This document shows positions 14,438 to 22,800 of a DNA stretch of 38,591 bases, piece by piece (position 1 is the stretch's first letter; each line of letters starts with the position of its first letter). Source of the DNA: Acidobacteriota bacterium (GTDB taxonomy: Bacteria; Acidobacteriota; UBA6911); NCBI GenBank assembly GCA_050010475.1, contig JBEKKY010000002.1, positions 1 through 38,591 on the forward strand, in the 5' to 3' direction. The notes below the pieces were generated by a model. It had not been told where the DNA came from, ran no database searches, and was given only the letters and a program-made list of their open reading frames with translations. A program made the translations under genes and the position numbers.

Positions 14438-14474
14438 AACTCTTTGACCCCAAAACTCGGTTTAAAGAAGTTGC

Positions 14475-15467
14475 TTACTTTAAATCCTGCGCGGCTCTCT
14501 CCATGATTCGTTGCTGGGATGCAGGTGTCATTTTGGAACTCGCAAAAATCTTGTCCAGCTGTGATTTTGCCGAGTTCGCATAGGCGCCTCTAATGATGAA
14601 TGCCTTGGCGAAGTTTAGCATGGCAGCATCCATCTTTCTCGATTGCCAATAGCTCATTCCCAGGGCATAGTACGCACCATCGTTTCTCTTGTAATATTTG
14701 ACCGCGTTTTCCAAATTAGGGATAGCCAACCCAAATTGATTCTTTTGAAATGCCTCCTGTCCTATGACTCCGTAGGATACTGCATAGGCATTATCCACTG
14801 TGTTCTTCCAGGCTTGCTCGTCCGTACCGGCGGGCTTTTTTGCCTTCGACAGCACATTGAGGCATTGTTTGGCATATTTCGAGGCTTGAGCGACATTCTG
14901 GGCTGCCGCATACTTTTTCATCGTTTCCACGAGAATTTCAACGTTGTCCGGGTCCGCAGCCAGAACCTTCTCCTTCCATTGGAGAGCCTTAGCTTCATTC
15001 CCCAATTGCTGATATGCCTTTGCAATTGCCATTGCCAAGTCGGCATTTGGCTTGGCAGCATAAGCCTTTTCACCAAAGGCAGAGAAACCTTTCATATTCC
15101 CAGTTTCGGAATAGGCAACTGTCAGGGCATCTATCGTGATGGTGTCATTGGGGGCGACATCCAGAAATTTATCGCCAGCCGCGATCAACTGGTTCCACTT
15201 TTTCGCATTGGATAATTCAACGATGACCTTCTGACCCTCAGCGATCATATTTGGACGCAAGCCATTCTTGGGATTTTCTTTGAGGAAGCTTACGATCATG
15301 TCGACTTTCTTGGCGTCGTCTTTCTCCGCCTGGACATCCTGGAATACCTTGTATTGTTCTTCCGTATAGTCTTGTGCCCGCACGACAACCGGCACGAGAA
15401 CCAGGCTTGCGATAAACAAGATGCTGAGGAGCTTTTTTGAAAAATAAGAAATCGTAGGGGAATTCAT
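14475..15467 (-). CDS. Secreted TPR-repeat protein
   Basis: The ATG at 15467 is preceded by aggaga. Signal peptide LSILFIASLVLVPVVVRAQD. The body has Ala/Tyr-rich 34-aa-like repeats (AIAKAYQQLGNEAKALQWKEKVLAADP etc.). Confidence 0.75.
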   Translation of the reverse strand: MNSPTISYFSKKLLSILFIASLVLVPVVVRAQDYTEEQYKVFQDVQAEKDDAKKVDMIVSFLKENPKNGLRPNMIAEGQKVIVELSNAKKWNQLIAAGDKFLDVAPNDTITIDALTVAYSETGNMKGFSAFGEKAYAAKPNADLAMAIAKAYQQLGNEAKALQWKEKVLAADPDNVEILVETMKKYAAAQNVAQASKYAKQCLNVLSKAKKPAGTDEQAWKNTVDNAYAVSYGVIGQEAFQKNQFGLAIPNLENAVKYYKRNDGAYYALGMSYWQSRKMDAAMLNFAKAFIIRGAYANSAKSQLDKIFASSKMTPASQQRIMERAAQDLK

Positions 15468-15612
15468 ATCATAATCTCCTGGTTTGGCGCGAAGGGAATG
15501 CCCGAAGCCCTCCTCCACTGGCGTTTTTATATCACTAGCACTCATCAAAGACAATAAATGAATAAGACCGGATTATTGTAGTTTGGACCCTCTTTTGGTT
15601 ATCCTTCGTGCC

Positions 15613-16575
15613 ATGCTTATCCAAGAGATATCGCTTGAAAACATAGATTTTGAAGACGAACGATTCAGGATCAGCGAGGAGCTTGAATCCTCGCCGCTGA
15701 TGGATTCGCTGCGGGAAATCGGACAACTGAATCCGGTTCTTCTTCTTGAACGGGATTCGCGCAAGGTAATCGTCTGCGGATTTCGCCGGGTTCGTGCACT
15801 CGCACGGCTGGGCATGGCGCGAGCGCTGGCGCGAACTATTCCAGAAAAAAGTTGCGACCCGTCTCGAACCTTTGAGCTTGCCTTGCGGGATAACCTGTCT
15901 CACCGGCAACTGGATCCGCTTGAAAAGGCCAGAGTGCTGTTCAGTCTTCGAAACCACTTTGCCGTGCCGGATGAAAGGCTTGTTCAGGCTTACCTTCCGA
16001 TGTTGGGGTTGAATCCGCATGAGAACGTTTTGCGAAGTTATCTCCTCGTCCATACGATCCAACCTGCTCTGCGAAATTGCCTGAAAGACGGGCGGCTGAC
16101 GCTCTCAAGCATCGAGACTGTTGCCGAAATGCCGTATCCGGTGCAGGAAAGCATCTCCGCTTTGATGGGGAAAATTCGTCTGAGCGCCAGCCTTCAGAAA
16201 AAATTGCTGGGGCTGCTGGATGATCTTGCGGGAGCTGCAGGCAAGCCGCTGAGCGCGCCCCTCGAGAGCTCGGAAGTTTCGGAAATACTGAATGATTCGC
16301 GGCTGTCTCCCTTTCAGCGAGGCGAGAAGGTTTATGAGGTTTTGTATCGCCTCAGGTACCCGAGATTTTCAGCAGCCCTGGACCGGTTCGATGCTCAAAA
16401 GAAACTGCTTTGCCTGCCGGGTTCGATAAGGATCACAGCGCACCCTTTTTTTGAACAGCCGGGCTTGCACGTGGAATTCGATGCGCCCGATGTCGAGCGA
16501 TTTCGATATCTGGCAGCGGCGCTCCGGGAAGCCTCTCAATTACCGGAATCAGAAGAACTGTTTAACATAAAATAA
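15613..16575 (+). CDS. ParB/Srx N-terminal-domain protein with an unassigned helical C-terminal region
   Basis: LREIGQLNPVLLLE and the arginine box CGFRRVRALARLG (equivalent to ParB GERRxRA). The start is uncertain: ATG at 15613 or TTG at 15583. There is no adjacent parA. Confidence 0.7.
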   Translation: MLIQEISLENIDFEDERFRISEELESSPLMDSLREIGQLNPVLLLERDSRKVIVCGFRRVRALARLGMARALARTIPEKSCDPSRTFELALRDNLSHRQLDPLEKARVLFSLRNHFAVPDERLVQAYLPMLGLNPHENVLRSYLLVHTIQPALRNCLKDGRLTLSSIETVAEMPYPVQESISALMGKIRLSASLQKKLLGLLDDLAGAAGKPLSAPLESSEVSEILNDSRLSPFQRGEKVYEVLYRLRYPRFSAALDRFDAQKKLLCLPGSIRITAHPFFEQPGLHVEFDAPDVERFRYLAAALREASQLPESEELFNIK

Positions 16576-16589
16576 ATCAGTGCAACTCA

Positions 16590-16645
16590 CCTGGGAGCGC
16601 GGCCGCCTCGGCCGCTTTGCGGGCGGGAACGGCCGCGCTCCCAGG
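16590..16645. repeat. Perfect 16-bp inverted repeat (CCTGGGAGCGCGGCCG) between the ParB-like and SPL-like genes; a variant of the GGGAGC-hairpin family
   Basis: 16590-16605 is the exact reverse complement of 16630-16645. The left unit contains the inner hairpin gcggccg-cct-cggccgc, the same architecture as the 11781 and 28118 units. Confidence 0.7.
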
Positions 16646-16658
16646 AAGAAATTCAAAC

Positions 16659-17753
16659 ATGATTTCATATCGCCCAAAACGAATTCTTATCCAGGAGCAA
16701 TCCTGGAACGACAGTGCCACTCATGAAATCCTGGAGAAGCTGCCCGGCATAGAAATCCAAACCATTTCCGATCTGCCGGGTGGCAATCCGGGCTCTTCCG
16801 AAAAATCCACACTGATCCTGATGAGGTATCCCGGCAAGTTTCTGAAAAAATGCCAGGGTTCCGGAGCTGAGGTCTGCTGCAATTATTTTGTCGTAAGCTA
16901 TGCCTGGAATTGCCACCTCGGGTGCACGTACTGTGTCCTGCAATCCTATTTGAATACTGAAGCCCTGATCGTTTGCACCAACATCGACGAATTGATTTTT
17001 GATGTGAAGAATGCGCTGAAGCAGTCGCCGGACCGAATGTTCAGGATTGGAACCGGTGAATTGGCCGACTCCCTCGCATTGGACCACCTCACGCATTATT
17101 CGGAACGCCTGGTCACTCTTTTTGCCTCTCTCCCAAACGGAATTCTTGAACTCAAAACCAAGTCGGATCAAATTTCCAATCTCGAAGGTTTGGATCATGG
17201 TGGGCGCACGGTGATTTCCTGGTCTCTGAATTCAAAGCGCATCTGTCGCACCGAGGAACACAAAGCGGCCGCATTCGAAGAGCGGTTGGCCGCGGCCGCC
17301 CAATGTGAAAAATGGGGCTATAGACTGGGTTTCCATTTTGATCCTCTCATTTACCATGAGGGGTGGGAGGATGAGTACCAGGAGGCTATCAAGGAGATTT
17401 TTCGCGCCGTCGATCCAAGGTCCATTGCCTGGATTAGCCTGGGGGCTCTTCGTTTTCCTCCCCATTTGCGGGAGCTGGTGCGCAAACGGTTTCCCGAATC
17501 CAAAGCGCCTTATGGGGAATTTGTTCCGGGACATCATGGTAAGACGCGCTACTTCAGACCGATCCGGGAAGAGATGTATCGCAGACTGCATTCTTGGATC
17601 CATGCAGCTGCTCCCGAGGTATTTGTCTATCTTTGCATGGAGACTCGCTTTGTCTGGGAGCAAAGCTTGGGGAAAAAGGCCTGCGACAGTTTTTGGCTTT
17701 CCGATCAACTGGATTCCCGTGTTTTATCGGCTCCGCCGAAATGGGATCGGTAG
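16659..17753 (+). CDS. SPL-family (spore photoproduct lyase-like) radical SAM protein
   Basis: CX3CX2C cluster in NCHLGCTYCVLQSY, plus the SplB-like blocks FRIGTGELADSLALD, LELKTKS, VISWSLN, GFHFDPLI and WISLGALRFPP. The ATG at 16659 is preferred because the 16617 start reads through the hairpin. Confidence 0.8.
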   Translation: MISYRPKRILIQEQSWNDSATHEILEKLPGIEIQTISDLPGGNPGSSEKSTLILMRYPGKFLKKCQGSGAEVCCNYFVVSYAWNCHLGCTYCVLQSYLNTEALIVCTNIDELIFDVKNALKQSPDRMFRIGTGELADSLALDHLTHYSERLVTLFASLPNGILELKTKSDQISNLEGLDHGGRTVISWSLNSKRICRTEEHKAAAFEERLAAAAQCEKWGYRLGFHFDPLIYHEGWEDEYQEAIKEIFRAVDPRSIAWISLGALRFPPHLRELVRKRFPESKAPYGEFVPGHHGKTRYFRPIREEMYRRLHSWIHAAAPEVFVYLCMETRFVWEQSLGKKACDSFWLSDQLDSRVLSAPPKWDR

Positions 17754-17923
17754 GGAGCGGATCCCCTCCGCCGTAAGTGCTTGCGATTGTGCTACGCCTT
17801 ACGTTTACAAATATTGGCCAAAGTGCAATTAGAGTAGAAGGTTTATCTCCCCGGCGTCGATAAGAATTGCTGGAATAACAAAATGTACTTTTAACGCGAC
17901 GGGGTTCGCATAGGCGCAGTGCT

Positions 17924-19069
17924 ATGTCTACAGCGGAAAATGTCTACACAAATTCTCCTTTCGGTGCGGCCTTCCGTCCAGCCAAAATCCTAATTATCGA
18001 CGATGAGGTCGTAATTCGGGAAATCCTTGCGCGCAAGCTATCGAACCTTGGCTACAGCTGCGAATGCTGCGCCAGCGGTCAAAAGGCAATCGACTTGCTG
18101 GCGACGGGGGAATTTGACCTTGCCGTGGCGGACATCCTGATGCCTGAAATCGGGGGTGTGGCGCTATTAAAAGAGGCAATGAGAGTCTCGCCCGGAATTG
18201 CCGTCATTCTTGTGACCTCGGTTGTAGATATCGAAGTGGCTGTTGATGCATTGAAAGAAGGAGCCTACGACTATATAACGAAACCATTCAGCCTCGAGCA
18301 GGTATCGATCAGTGTCTGCCGGGCGCTTGAAAAGCGCCGGCTATTGGTCGAAAACCAGAATTGCCAGCGCACTCTGGAAGAGCAGGTTGCAAGCCGTACG
18401 CGACAGTTAAAGGAAGCGCTTGGGGTGCTCGAGCATACCTACCATTCAACTCTTGTTGCTTTGAGCAAGGCGCTCGACAGCCGCGATGCCGATTCCGACG
18501 GCCATTCTTTGCGTGTGACCGTTTATACCAAGCGGCTTGCCCAAGGCTTGAACTTAAGCGAGTCGGAGATCCGAACCATCGAACAAGGGGTGCTGCTGCA
18601 CGATATCGGTAAAATAGGAATACCCGATGAGTTGCTTCAGAAACCAGAAGATCTGGTCGGGCGGGAATGGCTTCTGATGCGCCAGCACCCCGAAATAGGC
18701 TATCGCATTCTTTCCAGCATCAAATTTTTAACCGGAGCGGCTCAGGTGGTGCTTCATCATCATGAGCGTTTCGATGGGAACGGATATCCTCAGGGGTTGC
18801 AGGGAAACCAGATCCATTTAGGCGCCAGGATCTTTGCCGTCGCCGATGCGCTTGATGATCTCACCTCCAATCGCAGGTACCAGCCTTCTGTCGGTTTCGA
18901 ATCTGCGGTCCGCGAGATAAAAATAATGTCGGGGAAGCAACTCGATCCTGATATCGTCAGCGAGTTCCTGAAAGTTCCTGCCTCTGCATGGAAAGCGATG
19001 CGGCGGGAAATTGCGGCAAAAACGAAACGGTCCGATTTCCTCTTTTTGGGACGCCGATCGGCCGAATAG
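17924..19069 (+). CDS. Response regulator with an HD-GYP output domain (c-di-GMP phosphodiesterase type)
   Basis: Receiver domain (ILIIDDE, DLAVADILMPEIGG, ITKPF) followed by HDIGKIGIPDELL and HHERFDGNGYPQGL. Confidence 0.85.
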   Translation: MSTAENVYTNSPFGAAFRPAKILIIDDEVVIREILARKLSNLGYSCECCASGQKAIDLLATGEFDLAVADILMPEIGGVALLKEAMRVSPGIAVILVTSVVDIEVAVDALKEGAYDYITKPFSLEQVSISVCRALEKRRLLVENQNCQRTLEEQVASRTRQLKEALGVLEHTYHSTLVALSKALDSRDADSDGHSLRVTVYTKRLAQGLNLSESEIRTIEQGVLLHDIGKIGIPDELLQKPEDLVGREWLLMRQHPEIGYRILSSIKFLTGAAQVVLHHHERFDGNGYPQGLQGNQIHLGARIFAVADALDDLTSNRRYQPSVGFESAVREIKIMSGKQLDPDIVSEFLKVPASAWKAMRREIAAKTKRSDFLFLGRRSAE

Positions 19070-19473
19070 CGGCCGATTCCCGTTTGCAGAAAAAAGTCTG
19101 TCGGATGTCTTCACAGCTGCCCGGAATTTCTTTCGGGCTTTTCCACGAAATAAAAAAGAGCGTCAGCCCCGATCCCTCGAGGCAAAGGATGCTCGGCGAA
19201 ATAAAAGGCAAAGCAGATTGCCAAGAACACTGCAGCAATAGTCAATAGAATGCCGAACATCGGTACTATCCAATCCGCATTTTTGGGGAAGCCGCATTAT
19301 AATCGTGCAGGAATACCTGCCGCAACCTCTATACGAAATTTGATCTAAGTCCCTGTCTTTTTGGCACGGAGCCGCGGAGAACGATTGCAGGCGGGGACGC
19401 AGAAACGACGGAGTTTCTCCGCGCTTCCGCAGCTCTGCGTGCGTTATAATTCAATGACACCAAATGGAGAAAT

Positions 19474-22041
19474 ATGGACGGCAACCTCACGATATTTCAA
19501 AATGAAGAATTCAAGGTAAAGGATCCGGTTTGCGGCATGCAATTCGCTCGAGAGCAGGCGGCCGGGGCACTGGAATATCAGGGGCAAACTTTTTATTTCT
19601 GCAACCAATCCTGTCTCGAAAGGTTCAGATCAGATCCGGCCAGATATCTGGCGCGCGATTCTCAAGTAAAGGATCCGGTTTGCGGTATGCAATTCGCTCC
19701 AGAAAAAGCGGCCGGGACGCTGGATTACCAGGGGCAAACCTACTATTTCTGCAACAAGTCGTGTTTCGAAAAGTTTCGCTCCGATCCCGCAAGGTATCTG
19801 GACTCTACAAAGACGATATCTTCCTCTCGACCGCAAAGTGGCTACACTTGTCCAATGGACCCGGAGGTGCGTCAGAGCGCTCCGGGAGCCTGCCCGAAGT
19901 GTGGAATGGCCCTCGAGCCTCTCATGCCTGCGGCCGAATCCGGAATGGAATATGTCTGCCCCATGCATCCGGAAATAGTGCAGAGCACTCCAAGTGCTTG
20001 TCCGAAGTGCGGAATGGCTCTCGAATCCCGATTTGCCGGAACACAAGAACAGGAGAATCCTGAGCTTGCCGTAATGATGCGCAGGTTTTGGATCAGCCTC
20101 ATCCTGACTCTGCCAATTCTCCTGATCGCAATGGGAGAAATGCTTTCGAGTTCCCAGTTTAAACTGGGCGTTTGGCTTCAACTTGTATTGGCCACTCCCG
20201 TTGTTTTGTGGGGCGGATGGCCCTTTTTTCAGCGGGGTTGGGTTTCCGTGGTCAACCGGAGCCTGAATATGTTCACGCTCATCGCTGTGGGCACCGGCAC
20301 GGCCTACGCATACAGCGTGTTTGCCACGCTATTCTCAAGGTTTTTGCCCCAATCTTTTCGCGGGCGCCATGGATCTCCCGAGGTCTATTTTGAAGCGTCT
20401 GCGGCAATCATAACCCTTGTCCTGCTTGGCCAAGTGCTTGAGCTCCGGGCCCGCAACCAAACGAGCAGCGCAATTCGAGCAATGCTCGGGCTTGTCCCGA
20501 AAACAGCCCGTGTTGTTGAAGAGAGGGGACTGGAACGAGACGTCCCGTTGGATCAGGTTGAACCGGGAAATCGGTTGCGCGTCCGACCGGGCGAAAAGAT
20601 CCCGGTAGACGGAACGATTCTCAAAGGGGAGAGTTCGGTCGACGAGTCCATGATAACGGGCGAGCCGATCCCGGTGGAAAAATCAAAGGGGAGCTCTGTC
20701 CGTGCGGGAACTCTAAACGGAAACGGAAGCTTCGTCATGCGCGCCGACAAAGTCGGAGGCGACACGCTGCTAGCCCAGATAGTCCGGATGGTCGGTGAGG
20801 CTCAACGAAGCCGCGCCCCGATTCAGCGCGTGGCAGACAAGGTGTCTTCCTGGTTTGTGCCTGTGGTTGTCTTCATCGCCATCATCACATTTGTGATCTG
20901 GGCATTTGCCGGCCCCGAGCCAAGAATGGCGTATGCATTGATCAACGCTGTCTCTGTTCTCATCATCGCATGTCCATGTGCTCTGGGGCTGGCAACCCCA
21001 ATGTCCATCATGGTGGGCATGGGGCGCGGTGCGGAGGAAGGCGTGTTGATCAAGAATGCTGAAGCGCTCGAATTGCTGGAGAAGGTTGACACGCTGGTCA
21101 TCGATAAAACCGGAACGCTCACGGAAGGAAAACCGCAACTCGTTTCCGTAATCGCCGCCGGCGGTCGCAGCGAAAACGAACTGTTGCGCTTTTGCGCCAG
21201 CCTGGAGCGGGCAAGCGAGCACGCTCTGTCCACCACCATCGTTACCGCTGCCCTCGGGCGAGGATTGCAGTTCAGCGGAGTGAGCGAATTTAATTCCATC
21301 ACCGGCAAAGGCATCCTGGGCTCCGTCGACGGACATTCCGTTGCGATCGGCAACAAAGGGCTTCTGGAGCAACTCGCAGTTGATCCCGGCGCCTATGCAC
21401 AAACAGCGGAAAACCTGCGCCGGAAGGGACAGACCGTAGTTTTCGTGCTGATCGACAAAATTCCTGCGGGCCTGTTGTCTGTTTCGGACCCGATCAAGGA
21501 GTCCGCTTACGAAGCTATTCAGGAACTCCATAAAGAGGGAATTCGCATCGTCATGATGACCGGAGATAATAGATCCACTGCAGAAGTGGTCGCGAGTCAA
21601 TTGGGAATCGACGAAATCGAGGCGGAAGTTTCGCCAGGCAGGAAAGGTGAGTTGCTCAAGGAACTGCAATCCCAGGGCAGGATCGTAGCGATGGCGGGAG
21701 ACGGAATCAACGATGCGCCTGCCCTGGCCCGGGCACATGTTGGAATCGCAATGGGAACCGGGACGGATGTGGCGATCCAGAGTGCCGCGGTTATTCTGGT
21801 GAAAGGGGATTTGCGTGGGGTTGTTCGTGCAAGAAAGCTCAGCCGGCGCACAATGCGAAATATCCGGCAGAACCTGTTTTTCGCATTTCTTTACAATATG
21901 CTCGGATTGCCCATTGCCGGAGGCGCGCTGTATCCGGTTTTTGGATTGCTCCTGAATCCCATGATTGCCAGCGCCGCCATGACCTTCAGCTCTATTTCCG
22001 TTATCAGCAATGCTCTCCGTCTCCGCAACATCGACCTATAA
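19474..22041 (+). CDS. copA: Copper/silver-type P1B heavy-metal-translocating ATPase with four N-terminal Cys-rich modules
   Basis: CPC motif [12 protein letters not shown], phosphorylation site DKTGTLT, and hinge [10 protein letters not shown]. The N-terminus has two YHS/TRASH-like modules ([10 protein letters not shown]...YFCN.SC) and two CPM(D/H)PEV...CPKCGMALE modules. Confidence 0.9.
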   Translation: MDGNLTIFQNEEFKVKDPVCGMQFAREQAAGALEYQGQTFYFCNQSCLERFRSDPARYLARDSQVKDPVCGMQFAPEKAAGTLDYQGQTYYFCNKSCFEKFRSDPARYLDSTKTISSSRPQSGYTCPMDPEVRQSAPGACPKCGMALEPLMPAAESGMEYVCPMHPEIVQSTPSACPKCGMALESRFAGTQEQENPELAVMMRRFWISLILTLPILLIAMGEMLSSSQFKLGVWLQLVLATPVVLWGGWPFFQRGWVSVVNRSLNMFTLIAVGTGTAYAYSVFATLFSRFLPQSFRGRHGSPEVYFEASAAIITLVLLGQVLELRARNQTSSAIRAMLGLVPKTARVVEERGLERDVPLDQVEPGNRLRVRPGEKIPVDGTILKGESSVDESMITGEPIPVEKSKGSSVRAGTLNGNGSFVMRADKVGGDTLLAQIVRMVGEAQRSRAPIQRVADKVSSWFVPVVVFIAIITFVIWAFAGPEPRMAYALINAVSVLIIACPCALGLATPMSIMVGMGRGAEEGVLIKNAEALELLEKVDTLVIDKTGTLTEGKPQLVSVIAAGGRSENELLRFCASLERASEHALSTTIVTAALGRGLQFSGVSEFNSITGKGILGSVDGHSVAIGNKGLLEQLAVDPGAYAQTAENLRRKGQTVVFVLIDKIPAGLLSVSDPIKESAYEAIQELHKEGIRIVMMTGDNRSTAEVVASQLGIDEIEAEVSPGRKGELLKELQSQGRIVAMAGDGINDAPALARAHVGIAMGTGTDVAIQSAAVILVKGDLRGVVRARKLSRRTMRNIRQNLFFAFLYNMLGLPIAGGALYPVFGLLLNPMIASAAMTFSSISVISNALRLRNIDL

Positions 22042-22048
22042 GTGTTTC

Positions 22049-22113
22049 TTTGAGTCTTTGGGTCTTCGAGTCTTTGAGTTGAACGCGAAGACTCGAAGGC
22101 TCAAAGACTCGAA
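22049..22113. terminator. Octamer-repeat hairpin exactly filling the gap between the convergent copA and dtxR-like stops; bidirectional terminator candidate
   Basis: 22049-22074 pairs with 22088-22113 (about 26 bp, 3 mismatches or wobbles) around a 13-nt loop. The arms are tandem TTTGAGTC-like units. Confidence 0.7.
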
Positions 22114-22782
22114 TTATTCTTTTGGCGTCTGCCAGACATAGATGTTGCGCGCGACGTCCGGTTCGAGAGCTATTTCTGTTTCCTCGCATTGCACGACATA
22201 GGCCGGCCATTTCTGAATCAACTTCAGTGGTATTCCGGGAGAAATGCCGAGGGCCGACAGCTTCAGCAGTCTCGAATGTTCTCGCGTACAGAAATAGGCA
22301 ACACTTGCCGACTCCCCTATCCTCAGTTGATCGCAAGACACTACGATAGGCCTCAGTTCGTCGCGCGCTTGCCGGCAACAGTCCCCCTCGGGGATCGGCT
22401 TGTTGTGAGGACAGTAGCGCGGATGGCCCAGGAGCGTGCAGATGGAATTGGTGATTCCCTCCGCAAGTACATGTTCGTATTCGCAGGCCGCGTCCTCGCT
22501 CTCATCGGCCTCGGCGCCCAGCACATCACAGATCAGCCTCTCGGCCAGGCGATGGCGGCGAATGATCTGTTCCGCCAGTTCACGCCCTTTGGGGAGCAGG
22601 CGGATGTGCTTCTCCTCATCAATGGTAATAAGCCCCTCATCACAGAGAATCGAAATGAGTCCCTCGGTCACTTTAATGGGCGCATTTTGGATTACCTTTT
22701 CGACCGTGGCCGGTTCCTGCTCCTCCAAGGTCCATACCGCTTCGAGCACCTCTGTTATTTCTTCCGATGTTCTATTTTCCAT
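22114..22782 (-). CDS. DtxR/MntR-family metal-dependent transcriptional regulator with a C-terminal FeoA/SH3-like domain
   Basis: wHTH N-terminus, the dimerisation/metal block RRHRLAERLICDVLG...YEHVLAEG, and a C-terminal FeoA-like segment. It lies 18 nt downstream of feoB on the same strand. Confidence 0.8.
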   Translation of the reverse strand: MENRTSEEITEVLEAVWTLEEQEPATVEKVIQNAPIKVTEGLISILCDEGLITIDEEKHIRLLPKGRELAEQIIRRHRLAERLICDVLGAEADESEDAACEYEHVLAEGITNSICTLLGHPRYCPHNKPIPEGDCCRQARDELRPIVVSCDQLRIGESASVAYFCTREHSRLLKLSALGISPGIPLKLIQKWPAYVVQCEETEIALEPDVARNIYVWQTPKE

Positions 22783-22800
22783 TGAGCATCCCCGACGGAT

